Shown here piece after piece: positions 12,084 through 24,643 of a DNA stretch of 64,000 nucleotides. Position 1 is the stretch's first letter, and the number at the start of each line of letters is the position of its first letter. The stretch is from the NCBI GenBank assembly GCA_038087875.1, contig CM075992.1, positions 992,001 to 1,056,000 on the forward strand, given 5' to 3'. The stretch comes from Malacoraja senta. Taxonomy: Eukaryota. The position numbers and the translations under genes were made by a program. The notes below the pieces were generated by a model. That model made no database searches and was not told the origin of the DNA. It saw only the letters and a list, made by a program, of their open reading frames with translations.

Positions 12084-12971
12084 TTTCCTTGGCAGCTTCA
12101 ATATGTCAGTATATATCATGCTGATCCATTTCCCAAAGTCAGACAATAGACAATAGACAATAGGTGCAGGAGTAGGCCATTTGGCCCCTCGAGCCAGCAC
12201 CGTCAGCACACGAATGATATCGCTGCTGTTCTCTCAGCTAGTAGCAGTCTACGTGAGACACCCAGATCTCTTAAAAGGGAGTAAATTATGAAAAGAATTT
12301 ATTAAACCATACATTTTTTTGACGGGTTCCAAATTAGCATTAGCGAAAAATGTAGCACCCATTCAGTACGCGGAAATTGTATCAAACCATTTTTTATGCA
12401 ATTGTTCATTTACAATGAAGCACTCAACTCAACACTCACTAGAACCGATTTAAAGGTAAAAAAGGGATTATTGAAAGTAAACGATAGTAAAATATATTCT
12501 AGATACAATCAGTACAACGTATCTAATTTATAAAAACAAAGAGTTTGTACATTACGTTTCAGTTTGCGATGTACTACAAGTTCCGGAAACTTTCACAAAC
12601 AACCACTTATCATCGACTCCCATTCAGAGAAGAATTTGTATGACAACTAGCTTCTCAGTTTTGGTACATTTCAATATTAAGCACTGACTGAAATGTACAG
12701 CAAGATATTGTAGACAGTTCAGTCATATCAACATGTGATTTTAATTAGGAGTCAGTCATTCAATGACATGTATCGAGGAGAGATTGACTAGTGCGGTGTC
12801 AAAGTTAGAATGTAATTCTAAAGTTATTCTAAATTATTTCGAAAAGATTCCTTGCATAACTGGTCTAAAAATTCAATGCTAGCTTGAGTATTTAAAGGCT
12901 TGCTTCCTGATGTGGAAAAGGTAAACAATCGCAACAGTTGACACACACCACTCAGCTAGATACTTACTTAC

Positions 12972-12993
12972 CATTTGAATAGTCTTCAGCCAT
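12972..12993 (-). CDS. PRKACA: PRKACA alternative first coding exon, short N-terminus (Calpha2/CalphaS-like, MAEDYSN-V)
   Basis: GGCGGG ATG GCT GAA GAC TAT TCA AAT G|gtaagt has a strong Kozak context, a consensus donor and phase 1. Its 7 codons equal the length of mammalian Calpha2 MASNSSD. It lies downstream of the long exon. Confidence 0.72.
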
Positions 12994-14374
12994 CCCGCCT
13001 TCAAGCCTTGTCTTTAAGAATGAATGGTGAGAGATGTGCCCTGTTGTCAGCTCTCGAATCTTGCCTTGTCGACAGCTCTGCAGCTTGCTCAAAGGCTGAG
13101 CTGCAAGAGTTTACTTCACAACAGTGCAAACATTGATTTGTGCACAGCTACAGCTTGTGCGAGCTGACCCACTCCACAAAGTCGCACCTGGAAACCAGGG
13201 AAATCTAGCCTCAGTGGCAGCAGAATTGACTTGAAATCAGCTACTTTAAACTTTCTCAACATAAGCAAGCCAGAGCATGAAAGGAAAAGCTGGTGAACAG
13301 TTAATAACACTTCGGCAATTAGCTTTGCGGCATCCCCTCTGAGACTATATCAGGGTCAATGTAAAGTACTCTCCAAAGACAAGGAGTTGTCACAATGCAG
13401 GGCCCCCTGCTTCACCAGTCAATGCAGAGAGGGCAGCACAAATCAGCTCACGTGATATAACTACCCAAGGACGTCAACCTTCTACAATCCACAAGCTGTG
13501 CTGGATATTCACATGGCAACACTGATAGAGTTACTATATTTACACTGGACTTCCTGGCTCTGTACAGCACTGCAGACTGTCTGAAGCAAAAAGGAAGAGC
13601 GAGGGTGGTCTTGTAACAGCCAAGTTTGCAAAACCTCGAATTATAACTCCACTTTCTTTCAGATAAAGACTCGCTTCCAAATGAACTTTTCTCCAGACAC
13701 TTGGATTTCATTGTTTCTTCCAATATACAATTGAAAACTTTATATTGTGAGATGCAGAGACAATCACCCCCTTCAATGACATGGGGACACTGGGTTTTAG
13801 TCCGTATCTGCCCCGCAACTGATTGATGGGACAAAGGAGGACCTTTACTCTACATCGATCCATTGCTGCAGCTGATCTAGAAGTACTGGATGGGACAACA
13901 TAGAAGCTTTTCACTCGGTATCTTGTGCTCTTTGTAAACCTGTGTCCATCTAATAGTCTGCTGCCCGAATCTTAACTCAAACCAAGTCCTGTTCACCATT
14001 ATTCATGCAAATTCTGAGCTCCATTCACTTCCTTTTACCAAATCCCTTCATAGAACTGCCCTTTTACATCTCTGCGCTATACTCTAATTCTACAATCTTC
14101 TGGGATATCAGTTCTGCTTTTGGCGCTGATCCATTTTCACTGCTTCACCAACTGGCTCCATGCTAACTCCTTCCAGTAGTAAAGTCATCTCTTGAGGCAT
14201 TCTTATTTGACCAAGCTTTTGATCGCCTGCTTAAATATTGTCTTTTGAAGCTCAAGGTCAAATCATTCATGATAACCATCCTGGGAGGTTTATTATGTTG
14301 AAAATGTTCTATAAACGTAATCCGTTGTATTGCACGATCAGCTTGAAAAGGTGATATGGACATTTTTATATTAA

Positions 14375-14503
14375 TGTTTAAGAAGGAACTGCAGATGCTG
14401 GAAAATCGAAGGTAGACAAAAGTGCTGGAGAAACTCAGCGGGTGCAGCAGCATCTATGGAGCGAAGGAAATAGGCAACGTTTCGGGCCGAAACCCTTCTT
14501 CAC
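14375..14503 (-). mobile_element. Penelope-derived terminal fragment
   Basis: Near-identical to 9051-9143 and 31586-31706. Boundaries are approximate. Confidence 0.7.
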
Positions 14504-15907
14504 TGAAACCTGCTGAAGAACTCCAGAACATATACTGGTAAAATGCTTAATTCAGCATAAAATATCTGCCTTTTAGTGGTATATAATTTGAACAATGCAG
14601 AATGTGTACAAGGAGCATTCTTCATGTAGGTCTAACAGTAAATACCTGGAATTCCAAGTATCTTTACAGACTATAATGTAGAAAGAGCAGCAACTTAATC
14701 AATTAAATTCAGGCTTGAGTTAAGATAATGCAGATATATGACCATGGATAAAGTACTGATCGCGTAACATCGTGGGCAAGTATTGCACTGGATACAAATA
14801 GACTATGAAGAAGGAACATTTACAAGTATTGTTCAGCTTAGTAGACAATCAGTATGATGCATCCCACTTTTTTAGGAAATTCCAGGCATCTGTATACATT
14901 AAGCCAATAAATAAATACTGCATAACTTAGTCTCCTACAACTTTTCTCTTTCCACATCTCAAGGACTGTTTTATTGCTCCACACAACATAACAGCTAAAC
15001 CCAGTTTTACAGAAACGTGGGAATACATTTCCTTAATTCACGAGTTATCTGTACTTCCCCCACTAGCTTTAAACAAACTAGATTAAAATGGCGAGCTACT
15101 GTAGCTTTGCCAATAATGACCTTCCACAGTCAACGTTCTACCCATGGTAACGTACATTGACGTGAGTGAAGGTCTGATAAAACCTGTGAGAGATCAGCTA
15201 TGGAGAATACAAAATTCACGTGCATTGGTTTTCCTGGGTCGAAGGAGCTAGTCCAGGCAGAAACAATATCGCGAATGCTGACCAGTCAGTGAGCAGCCAA
15301 ATGCTACGTGCAATCGTCAGAATATAACACATTTCTATTACACTCCTAGGAACATTTAGCACTTTGAAATTGTTTGGCCGACAACAAAGTTGTGGATCAA
15401 TCACCATTTTCCTGCACACATCTCAATTTTCTTGAATCCTTCGATATCTAAAACATTATTGATGTTCTTCTTGAATATATTCTGCAACTTATCTTCCACA
15501 ACTCTTTGGGGAAGTTAATTCCAAAGATTTGAAGACATTTCATCTCATCCCAGTTCTGAGGGCCAACCCATTGTTTTATGACTGGACCCCCGGTTCTCGA
15601 TGCCATGGGCAGGGGAAAATGTCCTTGTGACTTCCTTATTACCCAGTGTAAATTCTGCTGTCCTAATCTCCAACCGCAGGAGCTTCGACCGCCCTGACCG
15701 CGGTAGCCTCGATCACCACGTTGAGGGAGCTTCAATCGCCGACTGCGGATGTTTCGATCGCCCGACCGCGGGAGGAAAGGAGGAAGAAGGTAAAAGTTAT
15801 TCGCCGTCCATCACAGTGAGGAATGTGAAGTCGCCGACTCTGGTCACATCACGGTGAAGGAGCGTGTGTGTGTGTGGCCCTGTCATTGAACTGATGCCTG
15901 TGGGTTT

Positions 15908-15941
15908 CTGCTTATTAATTAATTAATTAATTAATAAGCAG
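15908..15941. repeat. Perfect 34-bp palindrome with (TTAA)n core
   Basis: CTGCTTATTAATTAATTAATTAATTAATAAGCAG equals its own reverse complement. Confidence 0.95.
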
Positions 15942-17726
15942 TGCTGTGTGCCTTGGGGATTCTCACACACCGTTTATGTTTAATCTTTATGTAGTTTTGT
16001 ATCTTGTTGCTCTTTTGGTATGACTGTATGGTAACTCAAATTTCTCTGTACCTCGGTACACGTGACAATAAAGGACCATTGAACATTTGCTAATCATCTT
16101 CTTTGGAATTACCTCTATAAGCTTTCACAGTACGCTTTAAAGTTTTGTAGCCTATTGTTTTATTCTGCTTTACATCCCCTTATCCTCCTTTGCTGAATTA
16201 TGATTATTTGATTATGATTATTTTCCAAATCCTCCAGCTGTTCAATTGGCAGCATTAAACATTCCTTTTTTTATCCAACACCATCTTTAACCGCTTCATA
16301 GCCACGAATACAACCTCTTTTCATGATGCTTTTGTTTTGCCTCTAAAGAGGTATATATTATTTGGAAGCTGGGCATCAATTCTCTTGGCTGTACTCTATT
16401 GCACATTTACAGTTATATCGTTTATTGCAGTTTTGTAACATCCCAAGGAATACATCCGACCACCACTTTTCACGGAATATAATCCTATAACTCTTATGTT
16501 AATTTTAATATCCCTTGCACATATCTTATTTAACTGCTTTCTGTGGCTCTTTTGATATTTTTTTCCCACCTTTTATCTTTCTAGCTAAATTCTGCATATG
16601 TTTTCTTTTACTTTTTCATGTACAATAGCAGAATTTTTTCGAATGTTTCTTTCCAGCTCCTCCAGCCACTTATCTCCCCCCTGCCATCTCCCACCCCCTC
16701 CCAGCTATTTAAATTTAGGTTATTTTACATTTCATCCAGCCACCACACTGAACTAAACTGTGTTGTGAAATTAAAAGGAACTGCGGATGCTTGTTTATAC
16801 CAAAGATAGGCACAAAATGCTGGAGTAACTCAGCGGGTCAGGCAACACATCTCTTTTAAATGGGATGCTCGAGTCAGAGACAGCAGAAAATTGCCACAGC
16901 TCCTGTTACTGCTCATAGTTCAATGATTGTAGCTTCTGCTGAGCATGGAGTGTTGGTAGGTGAAGTTCGTGCAGGGTGAGAGAAGTAAAGAAAGGACTAA
17001 ATTGGCTCATCTGTGACATCCTCTGCTGTTCAGTTGACTGGAATGTTGATGTCCACATGTATCGGTGATTTTTTGAGGTGAGAAATTAAAATAAAAAACA
17101 ACTCAATTCTAGCATACTGCTCTCCTACCATGCTACCCACTAAGATCACAAGGGAGGGCAACAGTGTGTACACATTTGCCACTAATTCATCATATTTAGA
17201 GGAACACCATTACTTCAGTTTACTATTGTCATGTCTACCGAGGTACAGTGAAAAGCTTTTGAAATGGTCAGTGGGCCTAAAGATTAATATGACAAACTGA
17301 TCTGAAATGCACTGTAAAATATTATTAGGCATTCAACAAATTAAAACTGTGAAATAATCAATCCTATATCACACAGAATGGCTCAGCTGCTTAAAATGCT
17401 TGTGTGGCTCTGACGTTCAATGGATAATCTAGCTGAATTTCCATCATTAAATCAGAGCAGAAACACAGCTGCCAGAAATGGACAGAATACAAATTCTCAT
17501 ACAATTTTAGAATTTTCCTGAACTGCATTGACAAAGTTAAAATAAGCAGGATAAAATGCAAGATGGTTACTTCAATACCAATGTAGGATTTAAAAGATTG
17601 TTGAAGGAATGAGAGAAAAAAATATTTGGGTCCACAAGAAATAGTGTCATCTTCTGTCAGATCGATCATCACTGGAAGAAGCTGGAAAATAATGGGTTAT
17701 GTTTCCAGTTGGTTATAATAGGATAT

Positions 17727-18022
17727 AATAGACAATAGACAATAGGTGCAGGAGTAGGCCATTCAGCCCTTCGAGCTAGCACCGCCATTCACAGTGATCA
17801 TGGCTGATCATCCACACTCAGTATCACGTTACTGCCTTCTCCACATATCCCCTGACTCCACTATCTTCGAGAGCTCTATCTAACTCTCTTGAAAGCATCC
17901 AGAAAATTGGCCTCCACTGCCTTCTGAGGCAGAGAATTCCACAGATTCACAACCCTAGGTGGGAAAAAGTTTTTCCTCATCTCCGTTCTAAATGGCTTAC
18001 CCCATATTTTTAAACTGTGGCC
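17727..18022 (-). mobile_element. CR1-clade LINE 3' end
   Basis: RVVNLWNSLPQKAVEA plus a (CTATTGT)n tail. Confidence 0.85.
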
Positions 18023-18552
18023 TTTAAACTTCTTCATACTCCATCCTGCCAGCCTGCCTGCCATTTTTTTGCACAGCCAATAATTACCAGTTGCAGCAAG
18101 TATGCCTAGGTGCAGGGATATAAGTCACACTTGCAAAGTATGGCAATGTTTGCAGAACAAAAACAAAAGTATCTGTGCTGTTGTACGAGGGTCACAATAA
18201 ATCAGAATCTGTCAGCAACTTCCATAAGTAGTTCAAGCAATGCACTCAATAAAAAAGCAAAAAGAGCTGCAAATACTTGGCAGGTCAACAGCTTCTCTGT
18301 AGAAACGGACTTGAACATTCCGATCAATAAATATCTCTAGCAGTTTTTACTTCTGATTTCTTCCATCTGCAGTCGTTTGGATTTTCAGGATGGCACTTAA
18401 GGTTGTATTAACACACTTGCTTAGAAATATATTTGCATCAACACCAAGATATCTTTCATGCACTCTCATTATATTTCACATTCTTTATGCTCCATCAACT
18501 CAATTTTTGCTCACGTTGTTTATTCCTTTGAAGTTTGATTGATATTTTTGAT

Positions 18553-18837
18553 TGAATAAAGGGGAGGTCATTTAAGACTGAGGCGAGAAAAAGCTTTTTC
18601 ACCCAGAGAGTTGTGAATTTGTGGAATTCCCTGCCACAGAGGGCAGTGGAGGCCAAGTCACTGGATGGATTTAAGAGAGAGTTAGATAGAGCTCTAGGGG
18701 CTAGTGGAATCAAGGGATATGGGGAGAAGGCAGGCACGGGTTATTGATTGGGGACGATCAGCCATGATCACAATGAATGGCGGTGCTGGCTCGAAGGGCC
18801 GAATGGCCTCCTCCTGCACCTATTTTCTATGTTTCTA
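18553..18837 (+). mobile_element. CR1-clade LINE 3' end
   Basis: Near-identical reverse complement of 30885-31170. Confidence 0.85.
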
Positions 18838-19667
18838 TCTCCTCTGGATACACTAAGTATCTCCCCTCAAGACCCATTCAAGTTCCTCTGCTGCATTCCA
18901 ACTTCATCGGTGAAGTTGAGTGTGCCCAGGTTCCTCTTCTTGTGTGTGGCTCTCTCGGGTTTGGGTTCAGATTCTTCCCCTCCATCAGAAAATTCTCTCC
19001 GACCCTCCATGCCCTTTGTTGTGTTGTCTCTCTGTGACAGTCAGACTTTATTTGGCTCTACCTTTCAGCTATGCTCCTTTGTAACTTATTTCTGAAATCA
19101 CAACAAAGGTTGGTTGGATCTTTGAAAGAGATCATTTGATAAGATCATAGCAGAGAAATTGTTTTCCAGCAGTCTTTTGTATATTAAGCTGTTGTTTAGA
19201 TGAAAGAAATCAGAAACACTTTAAAAGCCAAAGGATAAAAGGATAATAATAAGGCTGCAGCAAGACAGCATCAAAAATTCATCCAACATCCAGTCAGTGA
19301 TGGTCATTGAATTACCAATATGTTGCAATAGTTTTGCACAATAAGCAGGCTGTCAACCTATGAAAAAACAAACCCTCCTAATTTTAGGTGTCCCCCGAAA
19401 AGTATGGAGAACATGGATAGATGATGTACGAAAAAGACACAATGTGTAACTCAGCAGGTCAGGCAGCATCAGCCTAATTAGTCTGAAGAAGGGTCCCACC
19501 CGAAACATCATCTATCCATGTTCTCCAGAGATCCATGTTCTGCCTGACCCGCTGAGTTAATCCAGCACTTTATGTCCTTTTGTGTACACCGGCATCTGTA
19601 GTTCCTTGTTTCTACTAGGTATAAAGATCTTTGCGTTAACACCAAAATATCTTTCACGCTCTCTCGT

Positions 19668-20262
19668 TACATAGAAACATAGAAACATAGAAATTAGGTG
19701 CAGGAGTAGGCCATTCGGCCTTTCGAGCCTGCACCGCCATTCAATATGATCATGGCTGATCATCCAACTCAGTATCCCGTATCTGCCTTCTCTCCATACC
19801 CTCTGATCCCTTTAGCCACAAGGGCCACATCTAACTCCCTCTTAAATATAGCCAATGAACTGGCCTCGACTACCCTCTGTGGCAGAGAGTTCCAGAGATT
19901 CACCACTCTCTGTGTGAAAAAAGTTCTTCTCATCTCGGTTTTAAAGGATTTCCCCCTTATCCTTAAGCTGTGACCCCTTGTCCTGGACTTCCCCAACATC
20001 GGGAGCAATCTTCCTGCATCTAGCCTTTCCAACCCCTTAAGAAATGTGTAAGTTTCTATAAGATCCCCTCTCAATCTCCTAAATTCTAGAGAGTATAAAC
20101 CAAGTCTATCCAGTCTTTCTTCATAAGACAGTCCTGACATCCCAGGAATCAGTCTGGTGAACCTTCTCTGCACTCCCTCTATGGCAATAATGTCCTTCCT
20201 CAAATTTGGAGACCAAAACTGTACGCAATACTCCAGGTGTGGTCTCACCAAGACCCTGTACA
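19668..20262 (-). mobile_element. CR1-clade LINE, 5'-truncated 3' end
   Basis: ORF2 C-terminus YRVLVRPHLEYCVQFWSP...LEFRRLRGDLIETY...FTQRVVNLWNSLP, followed by the 3' UTR and a (TTTCTATG)n tail. Confidence 0.92.
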
Positions 20263-23200
20263 CTATCCATCCTTAGTTTTTCACAGACTACATAATCATT
20301 GACATTTCAAAGTTATAGAGAAGTGCAAAGTGATTGCATTATGAAATTTTACCTAACATCTAACACCTGAATCTATGACACATAACGTCATTCTGGCAAT
20401 GTAATTGCTGTCGTCCTATATGATATTGTTTTCCCAAGAGTCTGACCTTATTAAATGATGCAGCAGAACAATGAGGAGTTGAAGAGTCTACTCTTGCCAC
20501 TATGTTCTTATCGTGTCACCCAGCCTGACAGGGCCACAAGGCCTGACAGGGCCATTTATCTGTCTCGGCGTTAGTAATGGTGAGATGTTGATGCTGGTGC
20601 ACTAGATGTTGCTGAGATATTGACTGCAAATAAAATTGGTGGGATGGAAACCCCCAACTAAAGCTACAGAGCCACCTACAGGAAGTGTAAACAAAAAATG
20701 GAGAAAACCCAAATATATTCAATTGTACCTAGACAGGTACATGGATAGGACAGGTTTGGAGACTTATGGACCAAGCGCAAGCAAGTGGGACTTGTGTAGC
20801 TGGGACATTGTTGGCCGGTGTGGGCGAGTTGGGCCGAAGGGCCTGTTTCTACACTGTATCGCTCTATGTCTCTATGATGAGAAAAATCAGGAGATGCGAG
20901 ATTGGTACATCAAAGAAGAACTTGAACCAGAGTACGTGAAATAAGAATAAGGAGGTTCAGGAGATCTAGAAAGGAGAGCAAGAGCAAACCGTTCTTTGTC
21001 ATTACAGAAATGCTGCAGCAATTATATAATTAACGTGAAACATGAACACTTTTTACATCAAAAACCCTGATAACATTACGGGGGCGACTAAATTATCGAG
21101 GAAGGAAAGCAAGATTATTGTTATAAAACAGCTGAATTTTTAAACCATAGATCTCACTTTCCACAGTGCAGTTTGAGACTCCAATTGTCTACAGTTAATG
21201 ACCAGATGATAAATGAATCAAGAGTTTCAGGGGGAAATATAGGGCAATGCAGCAACGATCCAAAAGCCTCAGATACTGATTCATAACAGGGCTTCAGAGA
21301 CCACTGCTGGTTTAACCCACTACCCTGAAGCATCCAGTACAAGGCTGGGTTAATGACCGGCCCAAAGGAGAGCAAAGCTGATGGGAGCAAAGTTCATCAG
21401 CTCAGCAACTGACATAATTATGAAGAAAAACACTAAAGCAAAAGCAAAATAGTGCAGTTTTTAGAAATCTGATTAAAGTCATTAACCGGAAACATGTGCT
21501 TTTTTGACAGTAGATGCTGCTCAGTACTCTAAACTCTGTGGTATTTTACCTTTAACAATAGTTTCAGTTTGACAATGGCAGTTCCGTACCAGGAAAATGA
21601 ACAGGAGTTAATGGGCACATCACTAAAACCTAATTAGTGAGGATTTAGTGGTTAAACTAAAATGTGGTTAATTACAGGAGTAAAATGGCAAAACCTGAAA
21701 TTCAAAGACGGTGATGCCTCTGCAATATCCCGTTCTTCAGTGAAACCTGTCTAGATTTCTGACAGTTTCTTCAGGTTGTTTTAAGGTTCTTAATTACAAA
21801 TTACTAATCTGAATTGGAGGTCCTATCACTCGAAAACAATGAAGAGGTGTCCCATTGAAGTGTGTGCATTTCGCTCTGTCTGGGGCTCCTCTAACTTTCA
21901 TGTCCACATGATGTACACTTGACACTTTGCATCAGTGAAGGGAATAATCATTTAAGGAGGTGGAGGGAATCGTCAATCAAGTGGGCTTCTTTCTCCTGAA
22001 TGGAGTTCAGCTCTGAGAATTATTGGAGCTGTATGCATCCATATCCAAGTGGATATGATTTCATCAAAATTCTGATATGCCTTATTATGGATAGTTAGAA
22101 AGTCAGTCATTTGCGATATAAATGATGGGCTGAGTTTCCAATGACTGATCTAAAGCAATTTCTGGTTAACGGTAGCTCGCAGAGTTTGACTGGGTAGAAT
22201 TTGTCAGTGGCGTCGCTAATGGATGTCAAGTGGAGGTATTGAGATTATGCTCTTGGATATGGTTTGTTCCTGCACTCTGAGTAAACATAAATGTTACACC
22301 CACCTTTTTCCCAAGCCTGTGTTGCTTGGTCTTCATGCATATATGCCTACCTTATTAACTTCAACATTGTTGGGTCTAAATACGAGAATTTCCCTTGAAT
22401 AGTTTTATGAAAATTAATGAAAGGGCTCCATTCTATCAGCAACATTACTGAAGAATGCAAGGATCCATCATCCTCCAAGTAGAATGATTCTTTACTTTCT
22501 ATTATTATGGCAACAGAAGGGCCAATTCATTCAGCCTGCACCCATCATCTACCCAGCCCCCCACAACCTAAATCCCAGCCCTTGCTCAGGCCATTCAATA
22601 AACCACCCGATTCAAATCCTACCTCTGCAATCCTTCCCCAATTCATTTGTAACCTGGCCATCCTAATCATCTTCCCAACTACATCCCGTGACACTCTGCC
22701 TGGCAGAAGGACAATCTTCCTCAGGCAATTCTCCGCCCATCCTATCCGATGAGTGCAGGTTCTGGAAATCTGATAAAAGATCATCAACCAGAACTCACCT
22801 GCTCCATAACCTTTGTCATGATAAATACAGATGTGAAGTATTCATCTCATCACTTCTAGTTCCACACATAGATGACCACACTAATGCTTAAGGGGAGTCT
22901 GAAGAAGGCTCTCGACCCGAAACGTCACCCATTCCTTCTCTCCAGAGATGCTACCGGTCCTGCTGAGATTCCCCCAGCTTTTTGTTTCTATCTAATGCTT
23001 AAAGGGATCTGTGCTCTCCTTGGTTATCATTTTGCTCTTAATATACATAGAATGTTTTAGGATTCATCTTTACTTTATCTGCCAAAGTGATATCCTCTTT
23101 TCGCCCTCCTGATTTTTTTCTTTATCATATTCCTTCATTCCTTTCAGTCTACAAATAATTTGTTTGATCCAGCATCCAATACCTGGCATATGCCTCCTTT

Positions 23201-24556
23201 TTTCTCAGACTCGAGCCTCAATATCCTGCGTCAGCCAAAGTTGTCCAATCCAATCTGCACTGCCCCTCACCCTAACAGTGACATTCTTTTTGTAACTTTT
23301 CCACAACAAGTTTTGGTTGTGCTTCCAGAAGTAAATATATGAGTGTAGTTTTAACCCAAATTTAAAAAAAAAACACTGGAGATATACTAACTGACCCACA
23401 GAGTGGAGAATCCTGTAGAGTATTTCCACTGTTACTTTTATTTGCTTTCAAGAGAGAGCTAGATAGGGCTCTTAAAAATAGTGTAGTCAGGGGATATGGG
23501 GAGAAGGCAGGAACAGGGTACTGATTGGGGATGATCAGCCATGATCACATTGAATGGCGGTGCTGGCTCGAAGGGCTGAATGGCCTACTCCTGCACCTAT
23601 TGTCTATTGTCTATTTCAGATTTGCAGCAACTGCTATGTTCTGCATTGCACTATTCCAAGATGTTCTTTTTTTTTTGCTACTGCCCTCATTCATCCTTCT
23701 CAATTTATCCTCCTTCCGTCCGAGATGTCAGTTGTGATTAATAATAAGCATTCGTTTCCCCTCTCTTTGATGCCACCAACAACATTTGGACAACCATACA
23801 GACATTTATTTTAGACACTAGGAATTGCAAGTGCTAGTTTCCAAAAATTGACACAAAATGCTAGGACTTTTACTTTGTTCTCTCCTCTCTGCAACTTAAA
23901 ATTTGCATGTTTTCAATTTTCCAGTTCTGATGCAAAATAATCATCTTGAAATATTAATTATTTTTCTCTCTCTAAAGATGCTTTCTGACCCACTGAACTT
24001 CTCCAACATTTGCTGTTTTATTTCAGATTTCCGACATCTGCAAGATCTTTTTTCTTATTAATTAATTTTAATTGAAGTTACCTATCTAGAAACTGGTTAG
24101 ATTGGACAAGACCCTCAATTGTTGTTTAAGATTAATAAAACCCTTATTACAAACATAGGGTGCAACAAAATGTTGAAAATAAATGGTTTCAGGACCTGGT
24201 GAGGGGTGCGTAAAGATAAGAAGTAGGTACATCCCTTTTATCTTGTCTTATCTTATTTTACTTTTATTTTTCTTTATTTTTCTTTTGTTTTTTTGTTTAA
24301 CTCTTTCTTGTGGTTTCCCTGGACCACTCTTTCACTCACTCACTATCTCTCCTATCTCTCTCTATCTTTTTTCTTATTAAAGTTTAAAATAAGAAGTGGT
24401 ACAAGAAATGTATAATTTTATGTTTGTTTGAGATCACTGCATTGTACAATACTTCTAATAATTTTTTTTTTTTTTAAATATATATATTTTTTTAAAAAGA
24501 TTAATAAAACTACCAGGTATGTGAATGTTTTAGAGATACAGCATGGAAATAGGTGA

Positions 24557-24643
24557 AGGTACACAAAAATGCTGGAGAAACTCAGCAGGTGCAGCAGCAT
24601 CTATGGAGCGAAGGAAATAGGCAACGTTTCGGGCCGAAAACCT
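24557..24643 (-). mobile_element. Penelope-derived terminal fragment nested in a V-SINE tail
   Basis: Perfect 15-bp TSD catggaaataggtga (24542-24556, 24644-24658). Confidence 0.75.

Noticed and set aside
17659-17682. 24-nt segment resembling PRKACB micro-exon b after a good acceptor
   Set aside because: There is no GT donor at the expected position, and the frame reaches a stop shortly after.
19769-20263. 164-aa and similar ORFs (32578, 52173, 56108, 30978) as host genes
   Set aside because: These are C-terminal fragments of CR1 LINE ORF2.
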